A program made the position numbers and the translations under genes. Below the pieces are notes generated by a model that saw only the letters and a program-made list of their open reading frames with translations, did no database searches and was not told the origin of the DNA. DNA of 64,000 bases from Octopus bimaculoides (lineage: Eukaryota): assembly GCF_001194135.2 (NCBI RefSeq), contig NC_068992.1:5248007-5312006 (forward strand). Direction: 5' to 3'. Shown here one piece after another: positions 1 through 12,719 of the stretch (position 1 is its first letter; every line of letters begins with the position of its first letter).

Positions 1-1608
1 ATATATATATATATATATACATGTATGTATACATGTATATATATTCTTGATATCGTGAGCAATATAAGCAAAACGAAATAACAGTAAAATATCACACTAC
101 AATACAATTCCTAGTTTTGGCAATGACCTTTACTACTATGATATTTCATTCCGCATTATTTTAAGATCATGTAAAACCAATAGATTTAGCTGCTGTTTCT
201 AGGAGTTCAAATGCACACGTGGAGCCTTACTTTTTGACTTGGCATCAGTATTATAGAAAGTGACCTATTGTGTTGTATTTTTGGTATTTTTATTGACTTG
301 ATGACAGATGAAAGCCGTAGTAAGACTGATAGAAAGCGAACGAGGCTTTGGGAGAGAAAATATAATTATTTTAATGGAGTTAGTAATGTTTATACTGTGT
401 CAGTAATTTTTACAACTTTTATCAAAGAGAGCGTTTTGAAATTTGCCCAAACTTGTTCTTAAATCCATATTATTTATTCGCAAACAGAGATAAAAGAAAG
501 CGAGTTAATTATAGAGTCTAAAATATAATGCAGAGAAATCATTGCATTTGTAACAATGGTCAAAATAATTTACTTCTAATATGATTTATGATAACATTAT
601 GAGAGAATAAATATAACAGAATCTATTTTATTATTTATTATTATAAAGAGTCTATTGTGATCTTTTATTGAAAACTCCAGCAGAATGAAATATTATTTTC
701 TGAGGGCAAAAGGATTTCTATTCATCTCAAAACAGATTCAATCAATATAAGAAACAACTTTTAATGATTTACAAATACAAATGTGACTGATTTTTCTTCC
801 TAATATTTTCATTTTGATTGCAAACAACATAGGCTTGTTTAATAAGCATTTTGATGTTTCACTACAAGTATTATACATATATATAAATGAATGGGAATGT
901 ATTTATAAGTAAATACGTGCGTCTCTACATTCATTAAGAGTGAGTCTTAATCTTTCTAGCAGTTTATCGAAGCTAGACATTGCTATTCCTTTGAGAGAAT
1001 GCGTTGGTTTTATATTTATCAAATCTGGCATATATTTATATTTAGATATTGGCAAATGAATATCGTTGCTGGCTTTCTATGCATTTATGCTTTTACTTAG
1101 AACAATGTATTTTTCAGAAAAAAGAATATTCAGGAAATTTTCGTTCGCATCTACGATGAGGATTATTAAATTAATGATAGCAATGTTCGTATCGAACAAA
1201 TATCTAATCCGTTCTAGAACAGAATTCAAATACAGCACCGTAATTAAATCTTAGCTCGTCTTTTAAAGGAGGAGTTGTCGCTTCATGTAGCGGGGCCTAA
1301 TTACAGTCAGATAAGCCGTAAAGGTGTAGTGATTTGTATTTAGCGTAATATAGTAAAGTAATATGAATATCAAATTATTTCGGTACGAAGGTAATTTGGA
1401 AATTTGTAGTTCTCAGTTTTCTTTATGAACAAATAGATCTAGGTATACCCAGGGAAACTTCCATTAATATGAATCCAATAATTGTTACATTTGTATGAAT
1501 ATATGAATATATATATATATGTATGTGTGTATGTTCCACCTTGACTGTAATTCCGTGACAGATATCAGAATAAGTATAACATAATGCACACCTAGAAAAC
1601 GCACAAAC

Positions 1609-1711
1609 CTTATTCAAGAAGACATTATCAATCAAATTCTCAGATGCCAGCTTTTTCCAATACATCTCCTTCAATAAAAAGCCTTCCATACGAAATCCGT
1701 CCACTTTTTCT
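1609..1711 (-). CDS. Candidate internal exon (unrecognised peptide EKVDGFRMEGFLLKEMYWKKLASENLIDNVFLNK)
   Basis: Minus strand: acceptor ctattttag|, 103 nt open (1 nt + 34 codons), donor AAG|gtttgt. The same-register plus frame is also open with AG/GT bounds, so strand is ambiguous and chance is not excluded. Confidence 0.28.
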
Positions 1712-2034
1712 CTAAAATAGTATGAATATTTTCTCTATGAATACAAATAATTAATCAAGCAAAATAATCTCTTTCTCATCCGCAAATAGATTTTCAAAAC
1801 TACCCTAGAGGGAAATATATATGCACGCTATATAACAATACAGCAACATTGTAACTTCGCCAAATAAATTTTGGTATAAACAAACCAATGAATAAATACC
1901 CTTCAGTCATTTAAGAACATGAATGGTTAAATAGTTTAGTTCATTTAGAAAATTTCTGAGAAATAATCTACCTGAACCGAACAAAATTTGTAACCTTTAA
2001 CCAAACACAAATATGTCTGTGTGTGCAAGTTGTG

Positions 2035-2155
2035 TCTGTGTATGTATGTATGTATGTATGTATGTATGTATGTATGTATGTATGTATGTATGTATGCATG
2101 CATGCATGTATTATGTATGTATGTATGTATGTACGTATGTATGTACGTATGTATG
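2035..2155. repeat. (TATG)n tetranucleotide microsatellite
   Basis: Direct reading of tandem tatg units with a few tgca/tacg variants. Confidence 0.95.
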
Positions 2156-2474
2156 TGCTTCTGTGTGTGTTAGTTAGTGTATGTGTTTATGTGGAAAATG
2201 TATTAAGGCATGTACTTATCTATATAAACGTAACTATATGCGTACATTTTTATGTTTAATTGTGCATATAAAACACACAAAATATACCTTGCATAAACAT
2301 TACGTAAAAGAAAAGTATAGTTTAGAAATAAATACACTTAAAACACAGAAAGTTTGTATGTCAAATAGATCTCTAAAAAAAGATGTAATTAAAATTGATA
2401 AATAACTGAGGATCGAGTGATGCTAACCAGATATAACTTCAAAAAAGCAGTGACAAACTTCGATTTCTTATTGA

Positions 2475-2700
2475 AACCAGGCCGCTGGTGGTGGTGCTAC
2501 ACACCATACTGATCATAACTGTCAGGTATGTAGAAGGGAGTTTAATTCAGCGGGAGAACTTAAACAACATGCAAAGGTACATGAAGCCCAATTCCAACCA
2601 CTATTGCTGGTAAAGGTTTCAGCTGCCAATTCTGTACAAGACATAGTAGAACTTTAGCTGGGCTAAAAAGTAACTTTCGATCACAGCACCGATAACAGTT
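2475..2700 (+). mobile_element. Decayed pair of C2H2-type zinc fingers, probably the 3' end of an RTE-like LINE
   Basis: Reads CQVCRREFNSAGELKQHAKVH (from 2520), then after one frameshift CQFCTRHSRTLAGLKSNFRSQHR* (TAA 2693-2695), followed closely by a (TA)n tail. LINE assignment is inference. Confidence 0.55.
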
Positions 2701-2707
2701 AAGCCTC

Positions 2708-2747
<40 letters not shown>

Positions 2748-5464
2748 NNNNNNNNNNNNNNNNNNNNNNNNNNNNNNNNNNNNNNNNNNNNNNNNNNNNN
2801 NNNNNNNNNNNNNNNNNNNNNNNNNNNNNNNNNNNNNNNNNNNNNNNNNNNNNNNNNNNNNNNNNNNNNNNNNNNNNNNNNNNNNNNNNNNNNNNNNNNN
2901 NNNNNNNNNNNNNNNNNNNNNNNNNNNNNNNNNNNNNNNNNNNNNNNNNNNNNNNNNNNNNNNNNNNNNNNNNNNNNNNNNNNNNNNNNNNNNNNNNNNN
3001 NNNNNNNNNNNNNNNNNNNNNNNNNNNNNNNNNNNNNNNNNNNNNNNNNNNNNNNNNNNNNNNNNNNNNNNNNNNNNNNNNNNNNNNNNNNNNNNNNNNN
3101 NNNNNNNNNNNNNNNNNNNNNNNNNNNNNNNNNNNNNNNNNNNNNNNNNNNNNNNNNNNNNNNNNNNNNNNNNNNNNNNNNNNNNNNNNNNNNNNNNNNN
3201 NNNNNNNNNNNNNNNNNNNNNNNNNNNNNNNNNNNNNNNNNNNNNNNNNNNNNNNNNNNNNNNNNNNNNNNNNNNNNNNNNNNNNNNNNNNNNNNNNNNN
3301 NNNNNNNNNNNNNNNNNNNNNNNNNNNNNNNNNNNNNNNNNNNNNNNNNNNNNNNNNNNNNNTGTGTGTGTGTGTGTGTGTTGTAAAACAGTGACACCGT
3401 TTTTAAATTAAAATTGTATGGTACAATTAAATGCCTATAATTCCTTCTGTAATCGATGGATGAGAAATTATATGAAGATTTTTGTGAAAAATATGTGCAG
3501 TGATTTATGTAAATTTAACGAAAGCGTGTTCCGGAAAATTATAGGTGCATTGTCACTAATCATTTCCAGTGAGCTCTTCGCAGCCACGTATGACAAACAG
3601 GGATTTCCTTAATATATGTTCTTAAAGGTCGTAATTTGTCTTAAACCTGAATTTAAAAAAATAAATTTTGAGTAATTTTGTTCAAATAAGAGAGATAGTG
3701 CTTTTGGGAATAATATTTTTTCTAATACAATATTGTATTTCATTATCCACAAGCTTCAACATCTCTGAGGGTCACACAAAGGGAATAAAAAAGAAAATGA
3801 TGATGCGGTATATATTACAGAGGCAGAAGCAACAGGCATAGGAAACAATCAGAATAAACCAGGAGTGCAAGTAGTAATATTGAAAGGAAAGAATCTAGCA
3901 GAATAATTCAATAACACAATGACATCGTCTTATATTCAAAATTGAAACTGGCGTAAATTGATAAATGAAAACTCAAATCGCCAGTGCCTGTACCAATATT
4001 TTGCCAGAAAATGCCAATCCCTATATAAAATTAGGTCATATAGCTATCAAGCTGCTCCTCCGGAAACGACCTTAATAAAATGTCATTCGATTTAGGCAAA
4101 GGAATGCAACGGTACCAGTATTTTTATCGTTAGGTCAAAACAAAAGCGTTCACTGAAATACCTACAGGTAAAGAATAGCTTTTTTCTGACAACTTTCAAA
4201 CGGAACTACCACAGAAAATACTTAACTACAACACGCAAAGGCTTTATTTTATGCTGAGCTTCGGTTAGTAGCCTTATACATCCTGCACGTGATAAACCTG
4301 GAGTGAAACTAGTAATATTAAAAGGAAAGTTCTGAAAGGTAATTCTACTCATGAATTTATTTCGGTTTTTGAAAAGACGATATCGAAAATGTTATTGACA
4401 TTATAATCAAGCTAATGTATTTTTCAAACCAAAAACGTTATTAGCATACATTTGTGGCACCCTGACAATGACATCATTACTCTGAGCTTGTACGGAATGG
4501 AAAAAATAAAGTAATGTTATTATGACTAGCTGAATCAGTACATTGGCTACATTTTCCCAAGATGTGTATAACTGGCAATGAACAATTGGATGTTATTATA
4601 ACACTGTTCGTTATTGATTTACTTTTAAAGATGTTCTGCAGGTTTTAAACATTTTTGTAAATTATACAAAAAGCTTTCACTATTCCTATGTGTGATCTGT
4701 TAATAGCTTTTTAGGTGTTATTCCATGGAATCAATGTTTCATTCTTTTCACCGATTTCATTTGCAGATCTTAACAATATATGTTAACAGTCCCTTAAATA
4801 TCTGTTTGGTAACATTATAGCCTTGCAGTAATAATTGCAGAAGCAATGAAACAAGCAACACACCTATATATGTATACATATATATGTGAATGTCTGTGTG
4901 TGTGTGTGTGTGTTTGTGCTACGTACATATGCACCAATACATGCAAATATATTAAGTAAAGACTTACATATTAAATGCTGATAACAGTATGCTTGAATAA
5001 AAGAGGCCTTAAACTATATTGCAATAGTTTATTGTTGTTAGTGGTCCTATACGTTTTATGCCGATAGCATTTAATGTATTGTCAAGAATAATATAAATGT
5101 TCGAATTGTATTTAGAACGACGGATCAAGGGAAAAATAGATTTGCTACTGTGTAATTCAGTTTCAAATAATATTTGAAAGGGGCAAGCTTTAAAGAAATT
5201 CCTTCCTGTTTATTGCCAAATGGGGCATTGATAAATCTCACGATATATAACACATTCGGATAACAAAGACTACATTATAAACAATTATTATTTTGTATTT
5301 ATCATCTGTTCTGTGCTTCAGCTATGGTTTCTAGTCTGTATCTATCTCCACATACACAAAGAAAGACATGAACGTATACGCATATGTTCATGTGTAATGG
5401 AACCTGTTCATCTATCTGTATATTCATACATATCTAAGTATATATGTACAAAAATATATGCATT

Positions 5465-5496
<32 letters not shown>

Positions 5497-5642
5497 TATN
5501 NNNNNNNNNNNNNNNNNNNNNNNNNNNNNNNNNNNNATGTATATACATATATGCGTGTATATATATATATGTATATATATAATATATATATACATATATA
5601 CATATATACACACACACACATATTCATATATAAAACACATTA

Positions 5643-5677
<35 letters not shown>

Positions 5678-6009
5678 ACATATACTCACACATAGATATA
5701 TATACACTCATATTAGACAGACTGATGGATACAGTAACAATGCGGTTTTATATATAATAGCAGCACTATAAGTGTTGGTTTTAAAACGTGTTTATAAGCA
5801 GTAGTGCTTTGAGTTAAATCTGAAACACTTTGAAGAGATGCAACGTAAATCTAGGAGCAAACAGCTGTTAAAATTCCAGTTTTATCGTTGTTCTGCCGTG
5901 ATAGTAGCAATAATAGCAACAGTAACAATAATGAATCTTTGTAAATCAGGAACAAACCGGAAATTTAACTGTATGGTTCCACTCAATTATATTTATCCTT
6001 GTGTTCTTC

Positions 6010-6120
6010 AGGTAATTATTTTATCGACCCTCAAATGGTGGAAGTCAATGCTGCACTCGGTATAGTCTTGATCTCAGAACGTAAAAATAAACCTGATATA
6101 ATGCCGCTATTTTCTCCGTC
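6010..6120 (-). mobile_element. Degenerate SINE family A fragment
   Basis: Reverse complement contains ttacgttctgagatcaag...gagggtcgataaaataattacc, matching the body of the better copies at 32601, 45494 and 56370. Confidence 0.6.
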
Positions 6121-6200
6121 AAGAAGAAGAAGAAGAAGAAGAAGAAGAAGAAGAAGAAGAAGAAGAAGAAGAAGAAGAAGAAGAAGAAGAAGAAGAAGAA
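6121..6200. repeat. (AAG)26 perfect trinucleotide microsatellite
   Basis: Direct count of uninterrupted aag units. Confidence 0.97.
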
Positions 6201-6409
6201 AACTCTCATAAAATTACGTCCACCTTCTCCCCTGCTTCGCATCCTTATCCCTTGTCAATTCCTCAGAGCTTAGATAGCTACTTCGCGCCTCAACAGATGC
6301 GGTCGGTCTTTGTCTGTCTTTTGCAGCCTTTCCTGCCACAAAGTAAAATTTACCATCATCCAGGTGTCTGTTTCTTTTGTGGAGATATATTGCTACCTTT
6401 ACTAATCCA

Positions 6410-6733
6410 TGCTCCCATGGAGTGACACAAAGAATTTAAGTATCGCGGATAAGAATGTAAAAGTGATGATTAAGAAAATACCAAATTTGAACGCCTCCAG
6501 GCCAGATGGTATCAATGGTTTTTGGCTCAAGTATCACCTAAGTGTACACAGTTATGTACGATCGTTTTTTTAACTTTCTGCATAGAACAAAGAACACCGA
6601 AATGGATGTCAAAATGAAAGAAAATGCTAATACAGAAGGAAAAAACCACTGGTTCTGGTTGACGGGAGAGAATACGAAATAAGAGTCAGAAACGCGAATT
6701 ATAGCCGCTCAGGAACAGACCTTTTCAACAAAT
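6410..6733 (+). mobile_element. Internally deleted non-LTR retrotransposon fragment, R4/Dong-like
   Basis: Translates KKIPNLNASRPDGINGFWLK (cf. KMPNWKAPGPDGIQGFWLK at the RT start), TPKWMSK*KKMLIQKEK, then WLTGENTK*ESETRIIAAQEQTFSTN (cf. ETESLIIAAQEQALRTN of R4-clade C-termini). Contains stops and a large deletion. Confidence 0.7.
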
Positions 6734-7014
6734 GGTATAAACAGTAACTGCACGACAACGTGAAGTATATTTGCCACTTAAATGCGGCTAGACCCTAATG
6801 GCGAATGCTACTGTCCGTGCGTATCACGTCAGATCGACGATGGGAAGGATGACTTCCCTTTGCAAATACTGATAGGGCACAGAAAGTGTGTCAATAGCCA
6901 GCCGGGGGAGGTGTTCTCCAGGAGCTAAAAGCAACAGTAGCATTCACCCTTAGGGTCTAGCCGCATTTAAGTGGCAAATATACTTCACGTTGTCGTGCAG
7001 TTGCTGTCTATACC
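6734..7014. mobile_element. MITE / fold-back element with 81-bp terminal inverted repeats
   Basis: 6734-6814 is the reverse complement of 6934-7014 with 4 mismatches, around a 119-bp spacer. TA occurs at both ends (6736-6737, 7011-7012), consistent with a TA target duplication. Confidence 0.85.
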
Positions 7015-7072
7015 TTGTTCAGAGATCTAACATATATAAAATATATATAACTTATATAAGAGTGTATGTCCT

Positions 7073-7142
<70 letters not shown>

Positions 7143-8021
7143 TGTGTGTGTGTGTGTGTTTCTTTTTGTATGTAGGTACTTGTTTTTTCGAGGTTTAATT
7201 TCATTCGGTGAGTGGGCATTTGGAGGTCGAGTTGCTGCTTTCGTGAAAAGAGAAATACTGCATATAGAAGTCACCATCACACATTCAGCACTGGCTTCAT
7301 GGTAACAAATATTATCGCTATATTTAGAACACGTTCAATATGCAATGTGTTTAGAATTGTTTGTGAGTGGAATATAAATATTCAGCTGTGTTTCAAAGGT
7401 ATATTTAAGTGAGTAAATCGATGTTTTATTTCTTCTAGTTATTGTTTCTTACCTTTTCACAGAAACAGGTATTCCATGTTTTGTTAAGAACCTTCTGCAA
7501 CTTCACATTATGAATATATCTTTAACCAACTTATGAATATGTCCTTAACCCACCTTATTCTTAACCAACTAATTTCGTTCAAAAATGTGCTGATTCTCAA
7601 TATTTCAATATAAATGCTGAGAGGTTCAAAAACGTTTGCTTCCAGACCACTTTCAGTTTAGTAAGTGTTTGTGCTGGCGCAACATTTATTTCTGATCTTC
7701 ACTGCTGTTTTCTTTTCTTGATGACTGACTGTTGCATAAGCGGCCTACTAAAGTGCTCACGCCAACATATTTGCTAGTATATTTATCGAATCCATCTTCC
7801 GAAAATATCATATTTTCGCATTAAGAAGCAAAATCGTTCAAGACAGACAGCAGCTGCAATCATACTTCAACATTCCTGTAAACCGTACCGCCTAATATTC
7901 CTTTCTTTCAAATTTCAAATTTGTTGACATTTCTTTTAATGAAATGTCTGTCTGTAGGTGTAGGCAATGCAGAATCTAATTATGTCTTAGCATTAATAAA
8001 ATGGGAATATCCTAATTATAC

Positions 8022-8032
8022 TGATGATGATA

Positions 8033-8075
<43 letters not shown>

Positions 8076-8166
8076 CGATGACGATGAAGATGATGATGAT
8101 GATAATGATGATTGTGATAATGAAAGTATAGTAGAGAGTATCATTATTATTGATATTATTATTAAA

Positions 8167-8257
<91 letters not shown>
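8022..8257. repeat. Compound microsatellite (GAT)n then (TAT)n
   Basis: Direct reading; produces the poly-D/poly-Y artefact ORF at 7921. Confidence 0.95.
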
Positions 8258-8258
<1 letters not shown>

Positions 8259-8259
<1 letters not shown>

Positions 8260-8465
8260 AGTGGCGAGCTGACAGAATCGTTAGCGCACTGGTCGAAATG
8301 ATTATCGATATATCGCCTGTCGCTACGTTCTGAGTTCAAGTTTCGCCAAAGTCGACTTTGCTTTCCATCCTTTAGGGGCTGATAAATTAAGTACCAATTT
8401 ACATTGGGATCAACTCATCCCCTCCTCCTAAATTGCTGCCTTTGTTGCAAAATTTGAAGCCGATA
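8259..8465 (+). mobile_element. SINE family A copy
   Basis: gtggcgagctgacagaatcgttagc...tacgttctgagttcaag...gtcgactttgc...gataaattaagtacc; flanked by (TAT)n on both sides. Confidence 0.85.
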
Positions 8466-8499
8466 TTGTCATTATTATTATTATCATTATTACAACATC

Positions 8500-8640
8500 A
8501 ATAATCATAGGAAAGAGAAAAAATAGGTGTGAATGAATGCTTTAGAAGTATGGTTGTATAGGAACGGACAATTCTGAAAAATTAGATAGAGTCTAACAGG
8601 ACAAAACATAAGTACACAAATAAATAACGAAAATCAAATA
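8500..8640 (+). mobile_element. Possible decayed RTE-like LINE fragment (post-RT region)
   Basis: Short motif MNALEVWLYR resembles the RTE-clade EAFEMWCYRRML; otherwise degenerate. Confidence 0.3.
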
Positions 8641-11285
8641 ATTCCGGAAAAGTGTTTATCCTCGAATATTATTAGCGAAGATCTTGCTATAGCGTCGACG
8701 CCACACTTAACACTAATGTAAGCAATCAAAACATACTGTTTTCCACCAGTCCACAAGTTCATACACTAAGCAAGCTATATTAATTACATTATATTTGCAC
8801 GTTGCAATTAAAACTATTTATGAATGCTTTTCGAGAGTAAAAATTTACCCTCTATCCTCATGTTCACTTTCACGTGTATTTTGCAAATGTTTGGTCAACG
8901 CCTCCACGCAGAGAAATTTGTCTCTCAGTAGAACAGCAGGTAGCAGGACAATCGTCACAAGGAAATCGGTTAATAATGGGACCATTGATACGAAAAGAGT
9001 TGCTGAATATCTTTAGTTTCTACCATTAATGATTCCACAGCTACTGTGTATTGAAGAAGCCTCAGGAGATAACTTCGGTATTCCGAACAGTTGATATTAT
9101 ATGTTGTGTATTTATCGCACAAACTTGCGATAATCAATCTCTAGAGGGTGGAATGGATACTAGATACCTAAGTTTTCCACATGACTGTCGTCGTGTTATC
9201 TTACACTTGTCACACTATAAATCACTAGACACCGTGATGACAGCTGAGACGTAAGGTTTTAAGTTATTCGAAATTGCCCAAGTGCACTTTCATTCAAGTT
9301 GTCTAATGCACACATTGTGTGATATATATCATGAGATCGACGTTATCTTGTTCAAATCATTTCGGTATATCACCCATCAGATTATATCTCTGAAATCGAA
9401 CGTGTTTACTAAACTTCGGACAGAAATCTTGATATTTCTGTTAGCAGAGTAATAGGGATAAACTAAAACGGAAATGCTTGCAGTCTTTCTTTGAAGCGAT
9501 AGCAGCATTCGGTTTTCTTTAGACATCGAGCAATCAGATACATAGGAATTTTGGCATAATCTCTTAAAGCACGTAGGATAATCTTTTCAAACCTGGCAAA
9601 TTGCCCTTTCATGCATCGCTGTTCGAAGTATTATGTCATGTATCCGAAACACTAAAGTAACGTAACACTGAAATCCAAACACATCTTTTTTTCTGTTTGA
9701 AAAGCATTCATCACGATTAATCAAAACCCGAAGTATGGGTTTGTTGCTGTGTACTTCTGCTACTACTTCCCTTTCTTTTTGTGTTAGATGTCACATCTAA
9801 GCCTTCTACAACGTACCCTTCCAAATTTCATTTGATTAATTGTGTGAGGACCAAATATCTACAATGTTACCTTAGATATAATATTTTTTTGAGATTCTAA
9901 CTCACGCCACTTCAAAGCTATTTTTTCTCATTACAAATATTTCTTCGAAATATCCAACAACTTTAAAAAGTGAGCAGCTTATCTTTTCCCTATCAACTAC
10001 CGTACAGAGGTCTCTATCTACCATTTACTTCATCCGACACAGGATGGCCATTTCTATACACGGCGAATGGAAACAAATGATATCGTTCTAGGAATGTCAA
10101 GAAGAATACACTTATGTATAATGGTGATGTAGATTATACGCAATGTAAGAAATAATCAGTGGTCACTTGCAATAGCTTGCGACTGATACATTCATTTAAA
10201 TATGGTAGATCAAAAGGTACACATACAGAACTACTCACACAAAAGAAAACAACGCAAACGTCTGATACCGTATCAAATTTAGTATGTGTCAATTTGCCCT
10301 TTATTTGTAGGTCAGACAGAAGATATACACGGCAGCTTTGCAATTCTGATGATCAAAAAATATTAACATTATGCGTAATAGTGTAAGATATAGAATGTCT
10401 TCCAGGTGTTGCAATTGGTCTGTGTGGTATATCGATTCACTTTTCAAATCATGAGTTGCATAAACATCAAAGAGAAAATTAATTTTCCTTTAGCTTTCAT
10501 CGAGATTTTATGAATTAGCGAGTGCAATGGAGATTTCACTGTAACATATTTTTTAAAAATTCGATGACTGGCAATATCGATTTGATTAGTATTCATGTGA
10601 ACTTTATAAGCTGGTATTTTTAATGTATGTTACACTTGAAGTTTTAAATATTGCATTTCAGGTGTACATTTTTAATAGTGTTTAATTCGAAATCTTCTTA
10701 AAATGAGATGCAGTGTTAATGCTTATAAAAAATATATATATATGCATATAATTTTCTTTTGTTCTGTGTTGCAAATTGGACAGAATACTGGAGGTTCAGA
10801 AAAGTGTTGATGTTTTCCTTTTTTTTTTTAATCACATGTGAGTCAGGACTGTATGCATTACACATATATAGTTTTTCTATTTCATGTGATACTTTTAAAA
10901 AGTAAGCTTTCATCTGAGAGTGAGTCCATATTTGATAAGAGAGAGAAAAATATGGTTTCTCTCCATGTTGCTATTTTCTTCATTATAAAACAGAAATTAT
11001 CGTCTTGCCAATATATATAGAATAGTGAAAGATAAGATGCTTATTGTCATAATGATATTTTAATATGCAGATATTCGTCTCATACTCACAACGGTGTTTG
11101 TATGCAGAGTACCGCTACACCAACTTTGGTGTTAGATATCTGGAAAAGATTATGTAAAGGAGTCATCTAAAAGGCTATGGTCTGGCCTTTTTAGTGAGGA
11201 TTTACTGGTGGGTTATCTCGGTTTGTATAGTATGACATAGAATACGAAATACGTGAAAATGTAATACTTCTTTGTTTGCTATCAG

Positions 11286-11374
11286 TTGCTGCATGTACGG
11301 AACCATTTGTGTCTCAAATTAGCAAATTTGGAAAGAATATTCCACTTAGACCTAAAACAAAATATCATGGACAG
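11286..11374 (+). CDS. Candidate internal exon (xAACTEPFVSQISKFGKNIPLRPKTKYHGQ)
   Basis: Acceptor cttctttgtttgctatcag|, 89 nt open (phase 1 to 0), strong donor CAG|gtgaga. Peptide not recognised. Confidence 0.35.
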
Positions 11375-12719
11375 GTGAGAGGATATTGCTTTGCTAATAG
11401 TGTCACGGATTTGCATGTGAGTTTCTTGACCATAAACGATTGAGCTTGTTCCTTCCTAGCTGTCAATATAGGGGACCACTGATCGCTAGCGGGGGTAGAG
11501 AGGGAGTATCATAGCAATGTGTTCAACGGGATTTTTTGAGATTTGAATAATTCACCTTTGGAATCATAGGTGTTTCCTCAATCATCGTAAAAGAACCCTT
11601 CTTCTGAGACCTTCTGAACGGAATGGGCTACTCACCTGTAACATAAGATAAAAGAATTGACTGACACAATATTTTGATACAAACTATCTATTAAGCGTAT
11701 AAGTATAAATAACGTATGAAACTAAATAGTAATTGGTATAAATATGACAGTTCATTATAATCCAGAATCTCTTCTCCAAAAGTGAAAGGCATTTTGGTTG
11801 AGCTCATTGAAATTATATAGGATGAAATATATAGAAGCAAATATGATTACAACACTAAATACTAATACAACTGTATCTCAACAAACACACAAAAATAGGT
11901 TTAAGCATTCTCATAGTGAAATGAGTATCAAATCTGTCTCATATCCCCAATACCTATCACATCAAAATACTACTCCTCGTACGAAACGTGAGTTTCTTCA
12001 ACCAAAATTATGCTTCTGTAAAATCTAAATCCAAGGATTACTTGACGTATATTTACACTGTGAGAGCGAAACAGAAAGGTGAGCAATTTTTTTAGTGAAT
12101 CCATTCACGGCAGTATTAAAGACTTTACGTAAACTAAAAAGGCCTGTTGTCTTGGGCGACTCGACATATAATACAGTGGAGAAAACATTCCTTGATTAGT
12201 CTGACGTACAAATCTACCTTTTAATATTAATCTTAGCTTAAACTCTTCGAGGCAAATATATTTTACATTACTGCACATATTAAACAAATGCAGTCTCTAA
12301 AAACCATGTTTTTTAATGTTATTTTATGAGATGTTGCACATTTCCAACGTAGTTACCAACTTGAGATTATGATCTTACATAAGTATAAATATCTCATTGC
12401 GTCGGAAGGGAATGCTACCGTTTTTCAACTATCTTTTATTTCATCGAATCAATTATTAAAAATATGAAGACAGCCATAATGTCAACACACAACTTGCACA
12501 CGAAGCACATACAGGTTTGTATGTATGTATATCTATCTCTGTCTCTATACATGTGTGTGTGTTTGTGTGTGGGAATGTGTGCAGGCATGTATGTGTGAGA
12601 GTGTGTATATTATTGCATGTGTGTGTGTTAAAGAGTGAGTGTGGACCAATGAGGATGGGTGTTCAACACTGCATTGATGGATAAAGATTTTTTATTTTTG
12701 TATTAAGGCTAACATTCAT

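Noticed and set aside
231-325. Minus-strand AG..GT open frame LLRLSSVIKSIKIPKIQHNRSLSIILMPSQK
   Set aside because: Phase 1 start is incompatible with the phase 0 end of the 1609-1711 candidate; peptide unrecognised; chance likely.
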